Source: Chrysomallon squamiferum | Taxonomy: Eukaryota > Animalia > Mollusca | DNA length: 64,000 nucleotides | Assembly (NCBI GenBank): GCA_012295275.1 | Contig: CM022674.1 | Span: forward strand, 13,888,001 to 13,952,000 | Direction: 5' to 3' | Shown: one piece after another, positions 52,647-64,000 of the stretch | How the letters are laid out: the number at the start of each line of letters is the position of its first letter | Position numbering within the stretch: the stretch's first letter is position 1 | The notes under the pieces: generated by a model | The model's database searches: none | Told to the model about the DNA's origin: nothing | What the model saw: only the letters and a program-made list of their open reading frames with translations | Position numbers and translations under genes: made by a program

Positions 52647-54841
52647 ATATAGAAAAAGACGATCTGGGCGCGGTGAGTTGGCAGAAGGCGAGTATTTCCC
52701 CGAGTTTATATATTTAAAATGTAAACGCAGATGGTGACAAAATATCTATCACCATGACGACATATCAAACACGAGGTGCAGGAGAGGTCAACAGCGCCAT
52801 CACGTCGAGTGTGACTACAGTTTACATCACAGATGACGGCAACAGCTAACAGACAGGACTGTCAAACATTTCATGTTGTAGAGAGAGAGAGATAATAACA
52901 ACACTATATCACAGGTTTAATATGACGTAATGACATGCAAAATAAAACCATTTACTAGATAAGGAACGTTGGCCAATCTGATTAAATCAGAAATAATATA
53001 ATCATTTACAATGACAAAAGCAAAATGACAACAATGAATATTTTCTTAAAATAATGAGAGTTAAGAACCTTAGAAAAACGTGCTGTAATAATTAATGCTG
53101 TAATAAAAACAAACAAAAAAAACCCCAACAATTATGATGATGATGAAAATTATAATGCTGATGATGACGATAACGATAAGAATAGCTGGGTTTTTTTTTA
53201 TGTTATTTTTTGTTGTCACTGTTGTTTTAATTGTAAGATTTCAGTATTTACTGCTGTATATATATATATATTTATCATTGTGCTTGTTTTGTACGTGTGT
53301 GTTAGTGTGGGTGTGCGTGGTGTGTGTGCGCGTTTAAGTGTTATATATTAAGACGTTAATATTTTATATCAGACTATGTCTAACGAATATATTATAATAA
53401 TTAATAATACTTAGTAATTCTGTTTCATGTAATTTGGCAAATTAATCAACATTTCCGTTTTAAAATATTTACCTTAACAGTCCTGTCTACCGCCTTTTAA
53501 TTAATTAACAGTAATTAATTAATTAAGAATTATAAATTAATAGAGAGGACAGCTGGCCAGATCGATACTACCTTCTGCCTTCCACCCACATGAAAGAAAT
53601 GACCTTACAGTGAGTCCAGGTGGGTTTGGCGAAACTGTTTACGGGTGAAAGTGGTCTGTGTTAATTGATTTTGTGTGTGCTTTTGGAAATTAAGGGTAAA
53701 TGGTGAATATTCAGACAGATAATTGATGGTAAAGTCACGGACATGTACTGGTAAACTGAAGATTATTTTTTCAAAGTGTCATTTTATGGTATATTAATTT
53801 CCAGTCATGATCTTTTGGCACAACACATTTACAGAAACGCACCTAGCCCCTGTTTTCACGAGTGTGTATGAATAAAGGAATACATGTATCTGTGTGCATA
53901 GATGTCGAATGTATAAATGGATGTATGTATGTATGTATGTATGTATGTGTGTATGTGTATCTATGTATTTATGTATGTATGTATGTGTATGTATGTGTAT
54001 CTATGTATGTATGTATGGGTGTATGTATCTACGTGTATCTATGTATGTATATAATGTATGTACGTATGTTTGTATGTATAACTATATATGTATGTGTATG
54101 TATATATGTACATGTAAATGTTTATGTATGCACAAATGCATGTATGTATGTATGTGTGTATGCATGTATATACATGTGTCATGCGTCCATTTATGTGTGT
54201 GTGTGTGTGTGCGTGACTGTGTGGAAAACAGTTGTTTTCCTGAATGTTCTGTGACACGCACACCCATGAATTTACATCACACACAAATTGATAACAGAAG
54301 TTCCCACTCATCAGTACAGTCAGTCGTTACATTTCTTACAACGTCATTACACACCGTGCGATTTTTAGAAACCTTTCATAATCACACAGGACGTGTTCAG
54401 TGGGCCGCAACGCATCAGAGTAAAATGTATATCAATAAAAGGTATATCAATAAAACGTATATCAATAAGCATGTGGAAGAAAACAATGGAGCTAAAAACG
54501 TGCCCGGTAGCTTCGGGCGACTGGCGACACAAAAGACAAGAACAAGTGAATCTTGAACAGTTCCATACGTCTAGAGAGGTCTATGTATGAAATGTGTTTA
54601 CAGAGAGGGGAGAAAACACAGGCTGTGTTCAGTTTATCATTCTGTGTTAAACGTCTAGTTTATATCTCTAAACACAGAAATATAATGACTTGGGTTATTT
54701 TTTTTAGATTAGAGACATTTTTCTGCAAAATGAGATTTACCATCTCCATAACATTTTTATGTTTGTATTTTTTTATTTTTTATAAAGGAACACACACGCA
54801 CACACGCACACATACATACATACATAAAGGCACATAGACTC

Positions 54842-54895
<54 letters not shown>

Positions 54896-55378
54896 CCTAT
54901 TTATATCTTTTTCTTTCATACAAAATCCACTGCTACTAACATTTTTTTTTTTTTTTTTCCTGATATTTAGAAAGTTCCGTCTATTGATTAATTTTAAGAG
55001 TGCAGATGCTAGAGGATCTATTTTCTCTCTCTCTCACTAATGCAGAATTTTAACACACAATTCAGTTAGTTTCCTCCTGGCGCCGGGATTTTGTAAGAGT
55101 CCTAATTATCTGAGTGGAGACAAAATGACTACGTCAATAGGATGCGTGACATTCAGGTCTATGTGGTATGGGGGAAGGTAGAAACATTTGGTTTTTCTTT
55201 TTCCTACTTTTTTTTTTTTCTTCTTTTTCTTTAAAAATTCTTCAGATATGTTTTCAAAGCCTTTGACAGACACAAACAAACAAACAAACAAACAAACAAA
55301 CAAGCAAATAAATAAATAAATAAATAAGTAAATAAATAAGTAAATAAATAAATAAACAAACAATCAAACAAAAACAAA

Positions 55379-55409
<31 letters not shown>

Positions 55410-55756
55410 ACAAATAAATAAATAAATAAATAAATAAATAAACAAACAAACAAAACAATAAATAAAAAATAAAAAATAAATGAAAGTAAAATAATAATGA
55501 CACTACTACTACTAATTATGATTAATTATTCTGTTGTTATTATAAATAAATAAATAAATAAATAAATGCAACCAACCAACCAACCAACAACAATGGTTTC
55601 TAACAATGTCAGCATTCAGAAAAATAAGTTATATCTGCAAACGTACATATTCTCTAAAAAGAAATATTTCTTACTCTGTTTCTGCTGCTGCTGCAGCAAC
55701 TACAACAACTACAACAACTACTACTTTGAGAGAAAAAGGAGGCGGAGAGAAAGAAC

Positions 55757-55889
55757 GAGTGAGAGAGTTTGTGAGATAATCATGAGTTTAATGATCGGCT
55801 GAAATCATCCGTGAATGATGAGTGAGAGAGTTTGTGAGATAATCATGAGTTTAATGATCGGCTGAAATCATCCGTGAATGATGAGTGAG
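55757..55889. repeat. Perfect 63-bp tandem duplication
   Basis: gagtgagagagtttgtgagataatcatgagtttaatgatcggctgaaatcatccgtgaatgat occurs twice, followed by a short partial copy. Confidence 0.93.
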
Positions 55890-56186
55890 TAGGCGTGAAG
55901 AGCACGTGGGCATATTTTTTAATCTGTAATTTCATCGGCTAGTGGACATTAAACAAAACTGCATTAAACTCAGCAAGTGTTGCAAATCTAGATTACAATC
56001 AAAGTCCGCGAAGAACGACAAAGAGCCGTTTCAAATACGATACAACACGTGTGTGGTTTTGTTGTGTCAAATTATTAATGTGTTTATTTGTAGTCGATTG
56101 CTTGTAGCTCTCTGTATTTTATTACATATAGATTCCTGAATTCATCATTTTTGTACGAAGGGTTTAAAATAATAATAATGATGATG

Positions 56187-56267
<81 letters not shown>

Positions 56268-56936
56268 GTAATAATAATTTTTATTTATTCTAGTTGCACG
56301 TCTATTATATCCTTGTATTCTTCTTCATCTCGTTCTTCATCATCATCATGATTATCATCATCATCATCATCATCATCTTCTTATTATTTTTATAACTATA
56401 TTAATACTGTCATCATTATTATTTTACTGTTCTTATCATCATCACCATCAGAATTTTGAAGCATCCTGTGCATAAAAGTCTATCTTGGTGTCATTTTTCT
56501 TGCTATTATTTTAACAAAACCGCCGTCTCTTTTATTTCTGCTAGAATTTGAAAAACAAAACCCGGATGTGCCTCCATTTCAGACACTTTTATAAAACATC
56601 TAAATATGAACGAGACAGCAGGATCCACGGTCAGTTAGCTCAATGAATGGTCCTTAAATGGTTGTCACTGGCAACAGGAAAACACTCCGAAGCAAAACAT
56701 TACGCATGATTAGAACACTTTTTGAAACAACAACACCAAAACGTTTTATTGCTATAGTTGAACGTAGTTTAATTAATTTTTTAAAAGAAGTGAAATTAAT
56801 GTGTTTCGATTGTTGGGAAGCAATACAAGATGGTGAAAGGCGGCCCTAAATGATTAAAAATAAATATTCATGGTCTTCTTACTACAGTCTCTAACGATGG
56901 TTAGAAATTTAAATATGTTCATACAAACGGTCCGTG

Positions 56937-57049
<113 letters not shown>

Positions 57050-57357
57050 ACTCTCTCACACACACACACACACACACAGACGTGTTATACGCTTCCAGCG
57101 GAGCATTTTCAGATAACAAAAACTTGACTTCGATTATGTTTCTACAAAAGAAGATATAAATAGAAAATAACCCTTTATTAACTTCTTCACTTGGAACCAG
57201 ACTCTTGGAACACAGAAGTGACATCCCTGGAGTGACATTACTCTAGTAATTTTGTGGGTCAGTTAATTTAATAATATTAATAAGTTGTGTATTCAGTACG
57301 TTATATCTGTGTTTGTTGCTCTATTATTATTAATTAATTTACTTACTTATTTAATAA

Positions 57358-57410
<53 letters not shown>

Positions 57411-57597
57411 TTCATTCATTCATTCATTCATTCTTTATCGATTGGTATGGTCTGAACAACAAGATGGCTCGAAAGTGTTGTTATCGACTATTACATATTT
57501 AATTAATAAATTATTTATTAATTTTATGTTATTATTATTGTTAGTGTTGTTGTTGTTGTTATGCTTTTCGTAAACATGAACGAATTATTTTCGAGGA

Positions 57598-57679
<82 letters not shown>

Positions 57680-58995
57680 CATGACTATCTGCCCCTCTAT
57701 CTCTGTTTCTGTCTATTACTATATCTGAGTATCTACGTTCTTTCAATCTTTCAATCTCTGTCTGTCCATCTGCTAATGCCTAGACCGCTCTACCGAATTA
57801 TCACAAACGTACTGTCGTCAGGTTACATTTTCTTGCCAAGCACGATGTGGGCGGTATTTATTTTACAAATTGCTGTGTACACAAAAACGACTGACATTAA
57901 GAGATAAAAAGATATTTTTCCTAGCGATCGAGCTTTTGAGCTGCTGAAATAAAGATGAAGGTATATGTCTCCAATGGTTACAAAAAGCTTAATTCTCAGA
58001 GATAACATTGTGACAGAAAATCTATAGACACATATCTAAATTAGTGTTTATAAACCGGTAATAGTCGATAACACCGATATCGCTATCAGTACAATAAGCA
58101 GACGATCGCTGCCATCTTGTTTTTCAGGCCATATCAATCGATAAATAGTGAACTGAAAATCATTTTTGTATTGACATAACAAATTCATTTTTGATGCTGT
58201 GGGTAGACAGCAAAGGCAAAGCGATGTAATGATAAAACAAAATAAAGAAATTTAAAGATTTTCTTTTGTTTATGATAATTCATGAAAACAAAAAAAAAAA
58301 AAAGAAAAAATGAGAGGGACAAAGACCAGCTTCACTAGGGAGTTCGTTAAGTAAGCTCGTAAATATGACATAACGTTTGTACACACAACTGAAACGAATA
58401 ATAGATAGATAGATGGATAGATATAAATAAATAAATAATATATTCTTCTAAATGACTACTACAACAACAACAACAACAACAACAATAATAATAATAATAA
58501 TAATAGCAATAATTGTTTTAAATACATTTTTTGAAACAAAAATTTCAAGCTTTTAATTTTTTTTGGCCTTTGCAAAACTTGTATACTAACATATGCACAC
58601 ATATGCACGCGTACATATTCATTGATTTAAGTATTTCTTACATGCTCTTTTCACAAACACAAAACTCTGTTTATCTCATTTGAAATTTTACAAAGCACTT
58701 TTCAAGTGAAATCTCTCTGTCTGGCAAACAAACCGTCATGGGCATCAATTATGGATGGCACCGGTAACATGGGAGAGAATAATCAATACATAACAAAAAT
58801 TGTATTATTCGGTTTTTGTTAAAGCTATTATTGAAGTTAATTTTTCAAAATCGGTAATTTTTTTAAATACCGAAATACGAAATGAAAATTATAAATAAGT
58901 AAATAAAAATAAATAAATAAATCAATAAATAAATGATTGAATGAACCACAAGAACATCAACATCAACAACAATAATAATAATGAACGAATGCAAA

Positions 58996-59030
<35 letters not shown>

Positions 59031-59387
59031 CAATTCTCTGTAACAAAACATAACAAGTAAATAGACAAATAAACAACAAATTAATTAATTAATAAATAAC
59101 ATAATAATACTAAAGTAATCTCCTTTTGACAAACGTAATTGTTTTTTCATGCTGTCGATACTCACGGATTACATTATATTAAGTTTCCAGACAATTTTAT
59201 GCCATTATCACCAACATGTTAGTGTGAGGATCTCTCCTCTCAGGTTACAGATAAAAATAAATAACAAACATTTAAATATTCAATTAACTGCGATTATAGT
59301 GTATATTTCTTCGTCCTCAGCTGAAATATACGTTGTTTGACAAATTGGTTGGTAAGTATTCTAGTACTGTTATCATTATCATCATCA

Positions 59388-59420
<33 letters not shown>

Positions 59421-59797
59421 TTGTTGTTGTTGTTAATGATTATGATGACGATGCATTTGGGGTTATTTCAATTGCAAACCTTAGTGTCTTAATTTCAGTA
59501 CTCAAACATATACACAAAACAACACAACATTCGTTCAAACTTATACAAACACGTACATATATATCTATATATATGTAAACGGTTAAATACATATATATAT
59601 ATACATACATGCACATAGATCATACGCACATATATTAAAACATACATATATAGATATAAATAGACACACGCACATACTATATATATTTAGGTATGTGCTT
59701 GTGCCTATTTATATCTCTGTATGTATGTATTAATGCATGGCATGTGGGTATGATCTGTATGTATGTATGTATGTATATATGTATATATTATACTTAC

Positions 59798-59853
<56 letters not shown>

Positions 59854-60800
59854 ATTCAAAAACAACATTAACATGATTTAACATTTGATACATCAGCTGG
59901 TCAAATTAGCAAACAGATTATAATCTCTCTCTAGCATATCAAATTTAAAGCAGTATTAACTTATTTTGTATTATCTTTGTTCTAGGATAGACATAATCAG
60001 GTATTCCAAGGGATTAACTGAAGTTACATATAACTTTCCTTATAATTTCCCAGAAATTACATATAGCTTTCCCTACAGACAGACATAGAGACAGAACTAG
60101 AGAGCGAAAGAGAAGAAAGAGAATGTGGTGAAAGAAAGAGAGATACAGAGAGACAGAGACAGATTATTTTGTTAATTTATTTTATTGTTAGTGTTGTTGT
60201 TGTTGTTATTATATAAAAAAATCTCGTATAGAGGATATTAATTGAAAAAGAATATATATATACATATATACTTACACACACATATATATATTTATGTATT
60301 TATTTACTTGTAAGTGTTCATGCACATATATTTGCGTGTGTTAGTGTGTGAATGTTTATGTTCAAGATATCAACAGTCTAAAACAACTAAACAAAATACG
60401 ACTGTTGTTGTTGTTATTATTATTATAATTCTCTTTTTTTCTGTTTTCTTGCGTAAACTCTTACAAATTCATAAAACAAATATTTTTTATAACGTATTTG
60501 GCAAAGTACACTAAGCCATTATTTACACAGATAAAGTTGTTTGTTTTTGAAAATCTTTTCACACAACTTCTGGGAAAAAAACGTTCCAAGGTGCTGGAAA
60601 GACAATGCTGAATGTGCGTTGTCAGTAAGACATTTAACACGTTACAATTAAACACTGTTATTTAGAAAAATTATACGATTTCAACAGCATACAGGTAGAT
60701 GACAGAAAGAAAGATACAGACTGAAAAAGTAAGCGAGATAGGGAGAGAGAGAGAGGTAGAATGGGTGAGATAGTATGAGACATGTATCGACAAACATATA

Positions 60801-60840
<40 letters not shown>

Positions 60841-63422
60841 ATGTAATATAGATAGATAAAGATAGATAGATGGATAAACACAGAGAGACAGATAGATAGA
60901 TAAATATAGATAGTTAAAAAGATAGACAGGGAGAAAGAAAAGGAGAGACTAAGAGATCATGATAACCTGACGTGAGTAATCTAGACACCTCTGTTGAAAT
61001 GGCTAAAAAAAAGTAATAAACTGCATGAAAAGCTGATTTTGTCACGCAGTACTTAATCGTTTATGGTTGCCATGGTAATAACTATTGTGAAAATCTCTTG
61101 TAATCGTGTTTTATTACTGAATTTTCTAACCTAATTATATTTGTCTTGCAATTTTTTTGATTTTTGCTTTAGGTACACACATGCACGCATATACATACAT
61201 ACATACGTACGTACGTACCTCCATCTCGTTTAGAAACGATATATGTCTTGTTTCTAGTACTAAATTCTTTATCCCTGTCCTCTAAATGATCCGTTTACAC
61301 AGATAATTTTTTTTTTCCACAATCTTTTTCTCGTGGAAAACTAATTTTCCAGTCGAAGGGTTTATACGAAATCGTTTCAGTTCTTGTCTACTTTTATTAT
61401 GAAATCTGGTATCGCTTAATAAACCCCACTTTACTGCAGTCAGGGAAATTTCGCAAAATCAATTCTCTTTCAAACATGGCGGCCTCTTTCATCTCCGTAC
61501 TTTGACCAGGCCATTACGGCAAATCCCGCCTCTCGGTGGACATCAGAAATACGGAGCTAAGTGGACCTAAAACGATTCCATATTTTTAACCCGACTAAAA
61601 AGTTCATTGCGTGCTGCAGTCGATAAGAGTTTCCATGCCAAACTGTAAAATATTAGCGTTATTACAAGGCCGGCGACTTACAACGGAAATGATCGAATTA
61701 TATCGGAAATGTCCGAATGTTTGTCGATGTAATTTTACGGACTCCTCAATTTTCTGTGCTGGGTACACGCATGATAAGGACTATTCGGTTACGAATGGCA
61801 TTTCATTTCTGTTATTGTTATTGAACTCCTACTGCTACTGCTACTACAGTATGCTATTATTTTTATGTTAATATTATTGTTGTTTAATCTATTAATGTGT
61901 CTGTTATTGAAACTGTTGTTATTGTTGTAGTTATTTATTATTGCTAATGTCGTTTTATTATTATTTTGTTTTTTACTTAATTATATAGTCATTGCTGTTA
62001 TAGTTACCAATGTTTATGTTGCTGCTACTGCACTGTTGTTGTCATTCTCTAACTATGGACATTATTACTGAGAAAATCTACGATAACGGTAATCAGGTAA
62101 TGACAAAATAATACACAATTATCATTATAATAGTGCAGAAGCTCATACATTTTCGACTGCAGTAAACACGGTCTTTACAATAGTAAATACGGTAACAATG
62201 AACCTAATTAGCAACAGTGGTGCCTTGGTTAAACTTTTGGACTTATGACTTGTACGTCTGAAGGTCAGTTCTAGTTGTTGCCTGGGCAAAACCCTAAAAA
62301 AACGTAAAACAACAACAAGTCTCACCTCTCACTCACTTTCTAACATACTAACACATACGATATTGGATTTATAACCCCGGATCTGTAGGCCCCTAACGGA
62401 TGCGCTTGAATTTCTTGAGTATGTTGGTAGATAACCCGTAAAGAGCGTACGCAAGATATACAAGTTTCAGGAGATGTACATAGGTTGGAGAGTTTGTGGA
62501 AGAGTGGAATTAATAATGATTTATGATGAACAGACTGAGTAAAGCGCAGAAGGAAATGACGATGATTATGGTTTATATTATTAACTGATGATGATAGTGA
62601 TTGTGGTTTATGTCACAATGGTACTGATGGTGTGATGATATGTCTTGTGTCAGTTATAATGAAAATGTTGATAAAACTGAAAATGTTATTATGCTTTTGA
62701 TTGTGGTTTATTTCAATAATAATGAAAACGACGACAATGATGATGATGATGATGATGATGGAAATAGCAAATGTCACAATGATGCTGATTTTAGCTTATG
62801 TCAGCAACGATGAAGGCGATACTGGTGACAACGACGACGATTATAACAATGATAAAAATACTAAATTACCAATGGTATTGACGATAGCAGCGATAATCAA
62901 AGCAGAAGATATATGTTTCAAAACTCTATACAGCAAGAACACAGAACTCTCTCGTTTTCCGTTTTCAAAGTATATTTTCTTATAAATTGTTAATGGCCAC
63001 CGAGATGAATGAAATTTTTATATTCATCTGCAAAACAATAGAAATCTGATCCAGATGGTAAGAATTGATAACGTAAAGTTTACCTGGAGTTCGTAAATAA
63101 ATGATTAACCAATAGGTAAATAAATAAACAGATTACCTGAGTGACTGAGTCACCTGACAGGTGCTCTTAATTACCTGTGTATCGGTAGACATATTTAATT
63201 ACCTTCGTGGGTGAAATGTGTTCTCCCGGACAGAAGGTGTGTTTGTTGAAATTTGTGATATGGAAGCGTGTAAAAAAAGGGAGATAAATAAATATATGCG
63301 GTTATTTTATGTTGGTCATTTGAGAGATGCCATATTAGATGTTATGAACGTTATTGGCGACATTTCAGTGTCTGTTCTTTTTCTGTGTGAATGTGTGTGT
63401 GGGTGTATGTGTGTGTTTGGTA

Positions 63423-63473
<51 letters not shown>

Positions 63474-64000
63474 TGCGTGCGTGCGTGTGTGTGGATGTGA
63501 CGGAGAGAATGTGGCTGGGTTTATGTTTGTCTGTGTGCATGGTGCATGTGTGTGTGTATGTAAGTATGATCGTGTGTGTGTGCGTATTTGTGTGCGTATT
63601 TGTGTGTATATATGTGTATGGTACGTGTGTATGTGTATGTTTGTATATATATGTATCTATGTATGGGGTGTATGATGGTGTGTGGTATAAAGAATATACT
63701 GGTGTGAGTGTATACCTGGTAAATTATGTTTGTTTGTTTGTATAAACACTTTAAACAGTTAGAACGACAAATAATATCATGGGTTATTGGTTAGGAATCG
63801 ATCCTAGGTAACGAATATGTTATCACGTAATAAACTAGTCAGTGTCATGTGCTGGATTCCTTCCAACAAATACCCAAACGCAAATATGGTCTAGCAGACA
63901 TTAGGTAACTCTACAGCGCATGTTAAGTAACAGGTTATCGTAGGAAAACTTACATCAATAAATTATATCTAATTAATTCCTGGAAACAAATGCACTGTGG

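Noticed and set aside
54425-54468. Three copies of a 15-bp repeat (gtatatcaataaaa.) inside ORF 53894-54556
   Set aside because: A short local duplication in an ORF that is mostly microsatellite-derived, with no evidence of coding function.
57823-57945. Minus-strand hydrophobic ORF (SLGKISFYLLMSVVFVYTAIC) as a candidate TM6 exon of the GPCR
   Set aside because: An acceptor-like tttcag exists, but the good donors give phase 1 or 2 where phase 0 is needed, and the TM6 proline is missing. Unsupported without RNA data.

Overview
AT-rich, microsatellite-dense eukaryotic genomic DNA with GT-AG introns, most likely from a gastropod mollusc (inferred from the FCAP-type neuropeptide precursor and a tRNA-derived SINE family). 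It holds four genes. (1) The last coding exon of an FCAP-like (feeding circuit-activating peptide) precursor built from a 48-bp coding repeat (+, 2109-2897). (2) A 32-coding-exon condensin I subunit NCAPD2/CAP-D2 gene (-, 5597-26572). (3) Head-to-head with it, about 1.06 kb away, a 13-exon transmembrane FG-nucleoporin with POM121 motifs (+, 27635-40138). (4) The last two exons of a probable GPR153/GPR162-like orphan GPCR with a very long, probably disordered tail (-, 44346-50653); its upstream exons were not found. Four single-base frameshifts interrupt NCAPD2 and POM121 and look like assembly errors. Introns carry a Tigger/pogo deletion derivative, several MITE-like elements, SINE relics and minisatellites. 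Most short ORFs in the supplied track are microsatellite or antisense artefacts. I found no clear-cut new system. The best leads are an FCAP precursor with pedal-peptide/orcokinin-like features, an invertebrate POM121 sharing a possible cell-cycle promoter with condensin, and the long-tailed GPCR. All family assignments are from remembered sequences, not from searches.
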